Source: Alphaproteobacteria bacterium
GTDB taxonomy: Bacteria; Pseudomonadota; Alphaproteobacteria; SP197
Reading direction: 5' to 3'
Length of the DNA stretch: 64,000 bases
NCBI GenBank assembly: GCA_964291415.2
Contig: OZ219920.1
Location: 160,001 to 224,000, forward strand
The notes under the pieces are model-generated. The model saw nothing but the letters and a program-made list of their open reading frames with translations. It had not been told where the DNA came from and made no database searches. Positions 28,116 to 39,581 of this stretch are shown one piece after another. Every line of letters begins with the position of its first letter. Position 1 is the stretch's first letter. The position numbers and the translations under genes are program-made.

Positions 28116-29102
28116 TCAGGCCCAGTCGCCGGCACCTTCCCGCACCGGGCGCGCTTTCCCGAGCCCGATCACGTGGAAGTCCGCGATCGTCTCGTTGTCC
28201 GGAAGCGGCCCTTTCCCGGTCTCCCCGGATTTCCGGGCCACGCTCTTCAGTCTCTGCAGCGTGTCGCTGCCAGCAACGGCTCGCGCATCCCCGCCGTAGT
28301 AGTCGAACCAGGGCATGCCGGCGGCAGAGTAATCCTGCGCTGTCGGCGGCCTGGTTGGCGGCCGCTCTCCGGTCACCGCCAACCATTGGAGGGAGTTGAG
28401 CAGCGAAACAAAGCAGCGGCTGGTGTGCCGCTGGTCCCAGACATCGAGCCCGTAGGGATCATCGTAGATTTCCTGCTTCATCCGGCCGCCCGGCGCAAGG
28501 CCCATGGGGCTCTCCAAGGCGGCATACATCACATCGCCTTGCTGCAACCTGACCGACTCCGATCGGATCGCCTCATAGCGCTCGGCCTTCATGGGATAGG
28601 CCGCCAATTGAACTCCGCCGTGGACCGCGGCCCCGGTCAGCTGTTCTTCGACAGTCCAGCCTTCGCCGAGCGGCATGGCGACGAACTGGTGGATGACGCC
28701 TTTCTCGATGCAATAGCCGTCGAGCCAGGGTTGTTCGGGCAGCACCGCGTAGTCCTGCGGGTCGCGGTTCAGCCGGGCGACCCAGGAATCGCCCGTGATC
28801 GCGCAGATCTTGCCGGCCGCCACCTTCACGGCGAAGGGATAGTCCGAGTGGAAGTTGAGCCACATCGCCTCGGCCTGGTGCATCGGTGCCATCACGCCGC
28901 CCCGCACGCGCCATGATTCCGGAAGCCGTGCCGCGTAGTCGTCGAGGTGGCGAAGCGGAAAGGCGCCGAAGCCGGGCGGCAGCGGATAGTCGCGGCCGTC
29001 GTCCGGGATGCGCAGGGTGCGCTGGAATTCGATGGCGCAGCGCGCCCTGGCGTGGACCTCCGGAAAGCTGAATTCCAGACGGTTGTCTTCAAGCACGATC
29101 AT
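28116..29102 (-). CDS. Conserved hypothetical protein (FQRTLRIPDD...QPWLDG...QFVAMPLG family)
   Basis: 328 aa, strong coding-like codon bias, AAGGAGG RBS overlapping the XRE stop; no assignable catalytic family. Confidence 0.88.
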   Translation of the reverse strand: MIVLEDNRLEFSFPEVHARARCAIEFQRTLRIPDDGRDYPLPPGFGAFPLRHLDDYAARLPESWRVRGGVMAPMHQAEAMWLNFHSDYPFAVKVAAGKICAITGDSWVARLNRDPQDYAVLPEQPWLDGYCIEKGVIHQFVAMPLGEGWTVEEQLTGAAVHGGVQLAAYPMKAERYEAIRSESVRLQQGDVMYAALESPMGLAPGGRMKQEIYDDPYGLDVWDQRHTSRCFVSLLNSLQWLAVTGERPPTRPPTAQDYSAAGMPWFDYYGGDARAVAGSDTLQRLKSVARKSGETGKGPLPDNETIADFHVIGLGKARPVREGAGDWA

Positions 29103-29114
29103 TGGTGTTCCTCC

Positions 29115-29468
29115 TTACCATGTGCCGTCGCGCACCTCGCGCACCACCCGCAGCAACGCCTCGTCGGGCGCTTCCTTGAGCTGACGGATCAGGTCCGCAA
29201 ACAGGCGTGGACGCTTGCGGATGATGGCCTGCAGGTCGCCCGACACCTTGCCCGCCAGCGCCAGCACGACATCCGGATCCTCGCCGAGTTCCTCCGCCAG
29301 CCTGACCGCCGTCGCCTCCGACGGTGGCGCCACTTCGCCGCGCTCGATCTTGCTGAGATACGCCGGTTCGATGCCGACCCGTCCGGCCACCTGGCGCACC
29401 GAGTAGCGCCGGTCGTCCTCTCGCAGGCGTTCGCGAATGTCGCGGATGGTTTGTCCAAAATGCGTCAT
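29115..29468 (-). CDS. XRE family HTH transcriptional regulator
   Basis: FGQTIRDIRE...SVRQVAGRVGIEPAYLSKIERG. Confidence 0.92.
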   Translation of the reverse strand: MTHFGQTIRDIRERLREDDRRYSVRQVAGRVGIEPAYLSKIERGEVAPPSEATAVRLAEELGEDPDVVLALAGKVSGDLQAIIRKRPRLFADLIRQLKEAPDEALLRVVREVRDGTW

Positions 29469-29503
29469 GTGTCGTATATAGTACACATTCTGTCGATCGT
29501 CAA
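29467..29503 (-). promoter_or_regulatory. Putative leaderless promoter and palindromic operator of the XRE operon
   Basis: Minus strand reads TTGACG-N17-TATATA-N6-ATG; 22-bp palindrome ATGTGT-nn-TATATA-nn-ACACAT at 29467-29488; no RBS. Confidence 0.65.
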
Positions 29504-29729
29504 GATCCCGGACCAGGCGGATCGGAGCCATCCGCCGGCGAGCGCTCCGGGTCGGCGATGACGGATCGCGACCGGGTCTCTGCGACCTCGGTTCCCGTTC
29601 CATGTCGTCGAGGTCGAGCGCGAACTGGCCGTGCTCCGCAAGTACCGAAGACACGTGCGCGACCCCGTACGGCCTTGCCGGCTCGGGGTCTTCGTCACGT
29701 GCCGGCGGTCGATGTGCTACTTTTTTGAT

Positions 29730-30218
29730 ATGGGGACGACAAGACGATACGGTTTTCGACAGGTGGCGATGGCTGATCTCGATCTGTTGCAGGAATGGCG
29801 ACAAAGGCCACATGTTCGCGAGTGGTGGGACTCAGATGAGTCCGGTGATGAAATGGATCTGGCTGATCCTCGCGTTTCGCGGTGGATTGTCTCGATAGAC
29901 GGACACCCCTTTGCGTACATGCAAGACTACACAGTTCATGGCTGGGAAGATCACCATTTCTTCCGACTTCCAAAGGGTTCTCGGGGCATCGACCAGTACA
30001 TCGGTGAGCCGGACATGATCGAGAAAGGGCATGGCTCTGCCTTCATCGCCGAGCGACTGACGTCGCTCTTTGAGGAAGGGGTTCCAGTGGTCGCAACCGA
30101 TCCGCACCCGGACAATGCGCGTGCTATCGCCGCATACACGCGAGCGGGATTCACGCAATTCGGCGCACCCCAGGTGACCCGGTGGGGACCGATACTTCCG
30201 ATGAAGGTCTGTCGGTAG
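29730..30218 (+). CDS. GNAT acetyltransferase, AAC(6')-Ib/Acetyltransf_8-like
   Basis: RPHVREWW, RGIDQYIGEP...KGHGS, TDPHPDNARAIAAY.RAGF. Confidence 0.85.
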   Translation: MGTTRRYGFRQVAMADLDLLQEWRQRPHVREWWDSDESGDEMDLADPRVSRWIVSIDGHPFAYMQDYTVHGWEDHHFFRLPKGSRGIDQYIGEPDMIEKGHGSAFIAERLTSLFEEGVPVVATDPHPDNARAIAAYTRAGFTQFGAPQVTRWGPILPMKVCR

Positions 30219-30431
30219 ATCAACCACGCCGCAAATCCGCTCGGTCCCGAAGCCGGGCCCGCCTGACCAGGTTTGCCGCCCTGCGCCGGAACGACGGCAG
30301 CGTCCAGGGCGGGTTGTATCCCGCCATCCGCCAATCACCTTCGTGCGTCAGGCAGCGCGTGCAAAACCAGGCGGCAGGCATTCTCCGTCAGTGATGACAG
30401 ATCACGGCCGGGTGTGTCCGCTCGCGAGTTC

Positions 30432-31346
30432 CTATTCCATGTCCGAGACCAGGAGGTAGCCGCGGTTCTCGACGGTATCGAATGTCCGCATCGCCGCGAT
30501 CAGGTCATCGGAGCTGACCCATACCCAGGGCGCCCGGTTGGGGTTCACATCCATGATCAGGAAGGAATCGCTCGCCTCATCATACGCCCCGAGCGGGGAA
30601 ATGTGACCGCCACCCTCCTGTCCGAGGGTTCGGCGCGCATAGTTGACCAGCACGTAATCGTCTCCGGAGGCGAGGTTCGCGGCGATCTCGCGCCTGATCG
30701 CGTCAGCGTCCGCGTCGTCGTCCACGACCCGTGTTTCAACCTTGAGACCGTGGCTGCGCAGGACCTGCGCCAACTGGCTGAGCTGCAGGCCGAAATCGCT
30801 CATCGCTTCGCCCTTGATGAGGATGGGCTTGCCCAGCACTTCGAGCCGCGTTTTCGTCTCCTCGTTGAGGACGTTGTTCGGAGTGTACTTTCCGTAGAAC
30901 GGGTCCGCCCCCTCCCAGAGCCAGGCCATCTCGTCTTCCGCGATGGATTGGCGATCCTTCGGCAATCCCTCCTTCCTGCCCAGCCGCAGCGCGTTCAGCA
31001 CGATGGCCGAGGAGACCGGACCGCAGAAAATGCTGTTGTCCTGGCTGATGAAGTGATTGCTGAGGGGGAAGAAGTCCGTCTTGTGGGACGAGCTGGAAAG
31101 ACGCTCGATGCTCTCCCTGGACTCCCATTCGACGAGGACTGCAGGCAGCGACTGCGTGCTGCCCGTGGCATGACCTTCCGTAGGGGAGACCACGAGGGCG
31201 CACAGCAGAGCCACGAGCGGAGCAAGCGCGGTGAACCCTGCTTCGCGCCTCCTCTTCTCCACGCCGGCATTGCACGTCGCGCCAACGGTCCGGGAACGCC
31301 TGTTCCTCGTTGTCCCTGCCGGATGAACCGGCTCCAGTCGCACCAT
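30432..31346 (-). CDS. Phytochelatin synthase family protein (bacterial type, probably exported)
   Basis: Papain-like triad: SQDNSIFCG (Gln/Cys), GGGHISPLGAY (His), LIMDV (Asp). AAGGAG RBS at ATG 31346; hydrophobic N-terminal segment. Confidence 0.9.
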   Translation of the reverse strand: MVRLEPVHPAGTTRNRRSRTVGATCNAGVEKRRREAGFTALAPLVALLCALVVSPTEGHATGSTQSLPAVLVEWESRESIERLSSSSHKTDFFPLSNHFISQDNSIFCGPVSSAIVLNALRLGRKEGLPKDRQSIAEDEMAWLWEGADPFYGKYTPNNVLNEETKTRLEVLGKPILIKGEAMSDFGLQLSQLAQVLRSHGLKVETRVVDDDADADAIRREIAANLASGDDYVLVNYARRTLGQEGGGHISPLGAYDEASDSFLIMDVNPNRAPWVWVSSDDLIAAMRTFDTVENRGYLLVSDME

Positions 31347-31614
31347 GGCGAAATCTCCTTCAACGACTGTCCACGGCCCCGGCGGAATCAACTTTCCTCC
31401 GGTGGAGCTTCCCCGGGGATGTCGACGTCGGCAAGCGCCTCGCAAGCCGCTCGATTGCCCGCATTGGCGGGCACATGCGGTATCGCACATGACAATGCGA
31501 TTCAACATCGCCTGCGCATGACGATCACCTTGGCCGGACAGGTCGCTTTCAGGCTTCAGGCGCTGCACCGGCCGGGACACCGCATGTGCGGCGTCAGGCC
31601 ATCATGCTGGCCAA

Positions 31615-31639
31615 TGGGCGGACCATGAAGGTCCGCCCA
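31615..31639 (-). terminator. Hairpin downstream of katG
   Basis: Perfect 10-bp stem TGGGCGGACC-ATGAA-GGTCCGCCCA; weak U-tract. Confidence 0.5.
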
Positions 31640-31697
31640 GCCAACCACGAGGAACCGGCTTCCCGTGCCTATCTCGTCGTGGGCTCCTTTCCTTCGC

Positions 31698-34058
<2,361 letters not shown>

Positions 34059-34086
34059 TCATCTGACTGCAGGGGGTGAACGTAGG

Positions 34087-34144
34087 TATTGAGTATATTC
34101 GAGTACAACGATTATTATCGAATATGGCAATAGTATTTTACGAA
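34087..34144. promoter_or_regulatory. Putative OxyR-binding region between katG and oxyR
   Basis: AT-rich tract with ATAG-N7-CTAT-like pairs: TTCG-N7-CGAT, ATCG-N7-CAAT, ATAG-N7-CGAA. Confidence 0.55.
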
Positions 34145-34167
34145 GATATCGGCTCAGGTGGCGCGCG

Positions 34168-35070
34168 ATGAAGCGCCTGCCCACGATGAAGCAACTCCAG
34201 TATCTGGTGGCGCTGGCCGACACCCGGCACTTCGGCCGAGCGGCGGAGCGCTGTCATATCACCCAGTCGACGCTCAGCGCGGGCATTCGCGATCTTGAGG
34301 CTGTGCTCGGCACCGCGGTCGCCGAGCGTTCCAACAGGCATGTGCTGATCACCCGGGCGGGTGCGGAGATCGCCGAGAGGGCGAAAGCGCTGCTGCGCGA
34401 CGCCGAAGACGTCATGGACGTGGCGAGGGCAGGGCGCTCTGCGATGACGGGCGAGATGCGACTTGGGGTGATCCCCACGATCGGCCCCTTTCTGCTGCCG
34501 CGCGTCCTGCCCGGGCTGAGGGAGAGGTTCCCGGAGCTGACGATCTACCTGAGAGAGGAGCAGACGGCACAGTTGCTCTCCCGGTTGGATGACGCGGATC
34601 TGGACGCCGCCGTGATCGCGCTGCCGTACGACATGGGGGGCTTCGATTCCCGCGTCATCCTCGAGGATGAGTTCCTGTTCGCCTGCAACCGGGATCACGC
34701 GCTTGCCGGCGCGGAAGAGGTATCCCTCGATGCGCTTGCGGACGAACGCCTTCTGTTGCTGGAAGAGGGTCACTGCCTGCGCGGTCATGCGCTGGACGTT
34801 TGCGACAAGGGAGACACGATCACACGGGCGCAGTTCGAGGCCAGCAGTCTCTACACGCTGGTGCACATGGTTGCAGCGGGGATCGGCGTCACCCTGGTGC
34901 CCCGGCTCGCGGCCGACGCCGACATCGCGCGGGGAACGGACATCTCGCTGTCACGCCTTGCCACGCCCGCGTCGCGCCAGATCGGATTGGCGTGGCGCCA
35001 ATCGTCGTTGCGAGCGGAAGAGTTCACAACGTTGGCGGACACACTGCGCGAGTTGATCAACATCGCGTGA
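34168..35070 (+). CDS. oxyR: H2O2-sensing LysR regulator
   Basis: LysR HTH, GVIPTIGPFLLP, LLEEGHCLRGHALDVC (both redox cysteines); divergent from katG. Confidence 0.95.
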   Translation: MKRLPTMKQLQYLVALADTRHFGRAAERCHITQSTLSAGIRDLEAVLGTAVAERSNRHVLITRAGAEIAERAKALLRDAEDVMDVARAGRSAMTGEMRLGVIPTIGPFLLPRVLPGLRERFPELTIYLREEQTAQLLSRLDDADLDAAVIALPYDMGGFDSRVILEDEFLFACNRDHALAGAEEVSLDALADERLLLLEEGHCLRGHALDVCDKGDTITRAQFEASSLYTLVHMVAAGIGVTLVPRLAADADIARGTDISLSRLATPASRQIGLAWRQSSLRAEEFTTLADTLRELINIA

Positions 35071-35096
35071 ACTCTTCGCCTCCGCATGGAAAGAAC

Positions 35097-35459
35097 ATGA
35101 CCAGTGATGAAATCCTGGTCGACCGGATGCGCCGGATCCTCTCCCGACGGGAAGGGTGCTCCGAGCGCCGGATGTTCGGCACCGTCTGCTTCATGATGCA
35201 TGGAAACATGCGCGCCGGGACTTGGAAGGGGTTCTTGATCGGGCGGTTCGACAAGAAAGATCATGACGCGATGCTAGCCAAGCCGTAGACCGGCCCCGCC
35301 GACATGAATGGCCGTGCCATGAAGGGCTGGGCGCGGGTCGAACCAGCGGGCATTGCATCGGACGATCAGCTTGCAGTATGGCTCGACAGGGCCGCGAGGT
35401 TCGCCGGTTCCCTTCCGGCCAAGGAACGCGCTCCGAAGGCGCGGCCGGGCGGCATGTAG
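35097..35459 (+). pseudogene. TfoX N-terminal family gene with an internal stop
   Basis: ERRMFG..CFMMHGNM...AKP*TGPADMNGRAMKGW...WLDRAARFAGSLPAK; TAG at 35286-35288. Confidence 0.78.
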
Positions 35460-35469
35460 AGAGGCATGA

Positions 35470-36363
35470 ATGGATTGCAATGAGTCGACTCGTCGTCCCG
35501 ACTGGCTGTCGGACGGCATGTATCCGTTCGAGAGCAGATTCTTCACCACCCGGTCTGGACACCGGATGCACTTCGTCGACGAAGGCGACGGCGAGCCTAT
35601 CGTATTCGTACACGGCAATCCCGCTTGGTCATTTGAGTTTCGGCATCTGATCGAGGGCCTTCGGTCCGGGTTCCGGTGCGTCGCGGCCGATCATGTCGGG
35701 TTCGGGCTGTCGTCGCGAAGCGACCGGAGCGAAGATCATCACCCCGAGAGTCATGCGGCTCGCTTCGCTTCCCTGATGGACCATCTCGATCTTCAGGACC
35801 TCACCCTGGTCATGGAGGACTGGGGCGGACCGATCGGTCTTGACTTCGCACGCCGACAGCCGGAACGCGTCAAGCGGCTCGTGATCGGCAACACGTGGTG
35901 CTGGCCTGTCCGCGACGAGTTTCACTTCATATGGTTCAGTTTCCTGATGTCGAGTTGGATCGGGCAGTACCTCCTCAAGCGCCACAACATCTTCGTGAAC
36001 ACACTGATGCCGGTGGCTGTCGGCGACAGAAGCGTCCTGACGCCGGAGATCATGGCTCACTACCGCAATGCGCTCCCTTCGCCCGATGCGCGGGCCGCGA
36101 TGGCCGCCTTCCCGGGTTACATCGTCGGCGCGAGCGACTGGCTGGAAACGATCTGGCGCGAGCGCGCGGCCTTCGCAAACAAGCCCGCACTCATTGCATG
36201 GGGGCACCGGGACATCGCGTTCCGGAGGAAAGAACTCGACCGGTGGAAATCCGAGCTTTCCAACATTGAGGTGCACGAGTTCACGGACTGCGGACATTAT
36301 CTGGCGGAGGAAGCCTTTGAACACCTGGTAAGTGCGCTTCGGGCTTTCATGCACCGGACGTGA
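35470..36363 (+). CDS. Haloalkane dehalogenase/OleB-like alpha/beta hydrolase
   Basis: YPFES, HGNPAWS, GFGLS, DWGG nucleophile, WGHRD, GHYLAEE. Confidence 0.88.
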   Translation: MDCNESTRRPDWLSDGMYPFESRFFTTRSGHRMHFVDEGDGEPIVFVHGNPAWSFEFRHLIEGLRSGFRCVAADHVGFGLSSRSDRSEDHHPESHAARFASLMDHLDLQDLTLVMEDWGGPIGLDFARRQPERVKRLVIGNTWCWPVRDEFHFIWFSFLMSSWIGQYLLKRHNIFVNTLMPVAVGDRSVLTPEIMAHYRNALPSPDARAAMAAFPGYIVGASDWLETIWRERAAFANKPALIAWGHRDIAFRRKELDRWKSELSNIEVHEFTDCGHYLAEEAFEHLVSALRAFMHRT

Positions 36364-36445
36364 AGACCCGTTTACATGTCGGCGGTTTCCGTATGGGTAT
36401 GGACGCACGCTTGCTGCCGGTGCCCCTGCAGTTGTCGAGACCGAC

Positions 36446-36535
36446 CCGTCGCATCGGCGATGATGTTGCCGACCCTTTCCGCCGCTTCGGCAAGGTGGGC
36501 GTAGCCCGATGTGGTGCGACCGAGCGGCCTCACCG
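36446..36535 (-). mobile_element. Tyrosine recombinase/integrase C-terminal remnant
   Basis: LGRTTSGYAHLAEAAERVGNIIADA resembles the box II tail LGH...TTxxYAHL...EAAExVGxII, with deletions. Confidence 0.62.
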
Positions 36536-36718
36536 AGCGGTACGGACTTCGAGTCTTCGAGGCAGAGGGTGTTGTCACCGACATTCCGCCGGCGAAGATT
36601 GGGCACTTCGCCGCGGCGGCAGCCGGTGTGGCCTTTCGCGGGATGGGCGGCAGGCGGGCCTTTGACGGACAGCCTGACCGTGGGTGTGCGCGGCGGGGTT
36701 CGAGGTTGTGCGTGCGGG

Positions 36719-37468
36719 TCAGGTCGTCAGGCCGCCGTCGACATTGAGTGTCTGGCCGGTGACGTAGTCGGCGCCGGCGGCAAGAAAGAGGATGACATCG
36801 CCGTAGTCTTCCGGTTCGCCGGCCCGGCCCAGCGGCACCTCGAAGGTGTCGTCGCCGAAACGGCACATCCAGTCCGAATTGACGACGCCCGGGGCAATGG
36901 CATTGACGCGGACTCCGGGGGCCAGGGCCCGCGCCCACTCCCGGGTGAGACTGACCAGGCCAGCCTTGGTGGCGCAGTAGACCGAACTCGAGCCGCCGCC
37001 GCCATGTGCCGAGATCGAGGCCGTGTTCACGATGGCGCCTCCGGACTGCCTCAGCGCCGGCGCGGCCTCCCGGGTACAACGCCAGGGGCCGATGAGATTG
37101 ACGTTCAGCAGCAGGTTCCAGAAGGCCTCGTCCTGACGGTCGAAATCCCCGGGCGGGATCGGCTGCGTCGTCCCCGGGGTGCCGGCATTGTTCACCAGGT
37201 AATCGAGGCCGCCGAGGTCGGCGATGGCCCGGCGCACCATGCGTGGACCATCGATGCTGTCTCCGACATCGCCGGGTGCCGCGACGACCTCCAGGCCCTC
37301 GGCTGCAAGCCCGGCCACCACCGCGTCGAGCTTGTCCGTGCCGGCAAGGTCGTTGACCGCGACGCGGGCGCCACAGCGGGCGAGGGCCCGCACCGCGCCA
37401 AGGCCGATGCCCGAAGCGCCTCCCGTCACGAGGGCGCGTCGCCCGGAAAGATCAAAGGTCGCCTGCAT
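36719..37468 (-). CDS. SDR family oxidoreductase
   Basis: TGGASGIG, NNAG, YCATK, VRVNAIAPG, GQTLNVDGG. Confidence 0.93.
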   Translation of the reverse strand: MQATFDLSGRRALVTGGASGIGLGAVRALARCGARVAVNDLAGTDKLDAVVAGLAAEGLEVVAAPGDVGDSIDGPRMVRRAIADLGGLDYLVNNAGTPGTTQPIPPGDFDRQDEAFWNLLLNVNLIGPWRCTREAAPALRQSGGAIVNTASISAHGGGGSSSVYCATKAGLVSLTREWARALAPGVRVNAIAPGVVNSDWMCRFGDDTFEVPLGRAGEPEDYGDVILFLAAGADYVTGQTLNVDGGLTT

Positions 37469-37502
37469 GGTGTCCTTTCCCTTGTTGAAGTTCGGTGTCG
37501 GG

Positions 37503-39581
37503 TCAGCGTCCTTCGGCGCGCCATGCGGCGGCCAGCCCGCCAATGAAGGCAAGGAGAACAAACCACGCCGGCATGAGGGCCAGCAGGTCGATGCCGAGCA
37601 CGACATGGCGGTTGTGGTCGACGAGGCCGATCCACCCCGGGCCGCTCATGTCGTGCCCGGCTGTCACCCGGCGAACCGCGGGCAGGGGGTCATGAGCGAT
37701 CCACGACAGGTGCCCTCCCGATTCTTCGACCAGGGGCTCCAGGTGCGCGCTCGTCGGTCGCGGGTCACGCCATTCCAGGGGATTGTGGCTGCCGACCCCG
37801 ATCCAGGTCGCCATGGCGCCGTCCGAGATGTGGTGAAGGCCGGTTTCGACGGCGACGAAGTCTCCCCTGGCGCGGCCAGGAGAGAGAGATTCGAGATCGA
37901 GCGTCGTCGTCGCCCCCGAAGGTGCCGTGACGACGACCTCGGCATCGTCGTCCTCCATGCTGCGCCGCACCACGGTGATGAGACCGTTCTTCTCCGTGGC
38001 GGTCAGCGCATTCTCCTCCAGGTCCGGCTCCTGCATGAGCCAGTGGGCGACGCGGCGCAGCAGTTCGGTGCCCGGTCCGCCACCATCGTAGCCGCGTGAC
38101 CACAGCCACAGGTGATCGGAGAGCAACTGGGCGACACGGCCCTCGCCGGCGCGCGAAATGACGAGCAGGGGTGCGCCGCCGGCGCCGTCGAGCAGGACGT
38201 CGCCCGTGGTCGCCGTGGTCTCGACGTGACGGAACCAGCGTCCCCAGGACGGGACGTCCTCTCCGATACCGGCCAGGGTGGCGGTGACCGGATGACGGCG
38301 TCCGGCCGCCGTGGCGCCGGGACGGAAGGGTTCGACGTGGACCGTGCCAGTGGGACGGGCAGGCATGAGCTCGCCAAGGACAGTCGCATGGAGGCCAAGC
38401 GCGGTCGCGAAATCCGGCCCGGCTGCAACCATCATCGCGCCGCCGTCCGTGACGTAGTCGGCGATGTTCTGCAGGTGGATCTCGGGGATGACCCCCCTCT
38501 TGCGGTAGCGGTCGAAGATGATGAGGTCAAAGTTGCCGATCTGCCCTTCGAACAGCTCCCGGACCGGGAAGGCGATCAGCGCCAGTTCGCGAATGGGGGT
38601 GGAATCCTGCTTTTCCGGGGGACGCAGAATGGTGAAGTGCACCAGTTCGACGGCCGGATCCGACTTCAGGGTGTTGCGCCAGATGCGCTCGCCGGTGTGG
38701 GCTTCTCCGGAAACCAGCAGGACCTTCAGGTCCTCGCGGACCCCGTTGATCGGCAACACCGCCTGGTTGTTGACGGTGGTGATCTCCCCGGGGTTCTCCT
38801 CGACCTCGAGGCGCACGACGGAGAGTCCTGCATGAGAGAGGGCGACACGCACTTCGTGGCGCTCGCCAACGGTGACCCGGCGGGAAATCGTGACTCCGTC
38901 CGGCGTGGTCACGGTGACGAGAACCGGTGTTCCAACAGCAGTGTGATCGAACACCTGGAAGACGATGGGAAGCGCCTCGTCAACCACCCCGTAGCGAGGC
39001 GCCTCGATAATCTCGAGTCTCCTGTCGAAGACACTCGAGCGACCGCTGACCAGGACATGAAGCGGCGCCGACCATCTCAGACCGGCCAGGGAATCGGGAA
39101 CATCGTGGACCGCGCCGTCGGTGATCATGATGACAGCGGAGACCGATTCGCCCGGAACATCGGCCAGCGCCCGGGTGAGGGCGCCCATGAGGCGCGTGCC
39201 TGAATCGGCAGGGCCGTCGACGGCCTCCGGAAGGGCCTCGACAACGCGCACTTCGAGATTGTCGAGGCGCGCCAGACGCTCGCCGAGTTCCCTGACCGCA
39301 CTGTCGGTCAGGGCCGGACGGTCGCCAAGCGTCATGCTTGCCGAACGGTCGACGAGGACGACCGCCAGGTCCGCCAGATCTTCCCTGTGTTCCTCGACGA
39401 GCGATGGGTTGAGAACGGCCAGGAGCGTTACGGCGACGGCGACGGCGCGCCACGGCGTGCCCGGCATGCCACGCACCAGGCCGAACACCAGAAGTGCCGC
39501 CATCAGGAGTCCCGCCAGAGCGACGAGCGGCACGGGAAGGAGTGGCGCCCAGGTGATGTCGGTGAGTGTTCCCATGGTCAC
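37503..39581 (-). CDS. Membrane protein with vWA-like and class I GATase-like regions (MoxR operon)
   Basis: N- and C-terminal TM segments, DRSAS MIDAS-like motif, ITDG, VHFTILRPP; overlaps the upstream gene. Confidence 0.85.
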   Translation of the reverse strand: MTMGTLTDITWAPLLPVPLVALAGLLMAALLVFGLVRGMPGTPWRAVAVAVTLLAVLNPSLVEEHREDLADLAVVLVDRSASMTLGDRPALTDSAVRELGERLARLDNLEVRVVEALPEAVDGPADSGTRLMGALTRALADVPGESVSAVIMITDGAVHDVPDSLAGLRWSAPLHVLVSGRSSVFDRRLEIIEAPRYGVVDEALPIVFQVFDHTAVGTPVLVTVTTPDGVTISRRVTVGERHEVRVALSHAGLSVVRLEVEENPGEITTVNNQAVLPINGVREDLKVLLVSGEAHTGERIWRNTLKSDPAVELVHFTILRPPEKQDSTPIRELALIAFPVRELFEGQIGNFDLIIFDRYRKRGVIPEIHLQNIADYVTDGGAMMVAAGPDFATALGLHATVLGELMPARPTGTVHVEPFRPGATAAGRRHPVTATLAGIGEDVPSWGRWFRHVETTATTGDVLLDGAGGAPLLVISRAGEGRVAQLLSDHLWLWSRGYDGGGPGTELLRRVAHWLMQEPDLEENALTATEKNGLITVVRRSMEDDDAEVVVTAPSGATTTLDLESLSPGRARGDFVAVETGLHHISDGAMATWIGVGSHNPLEWRDPRPTSAHLEPLVEESGGHLSWIAHDPLPAVRRVTAGHDMSGPGWIGLVDHNRHVVLGIDLLALMPAWFVLLAFIGGLAAAWRAEGR

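Noticed and set aside
35286-35288. Pyrrolysine read-through of the TfoX amber codon, given an MttB gene nearby
   Set aside because: The MttB has no amber codon, no pyl genes are in the window, and TAG serves as a normal stop in many genes here.
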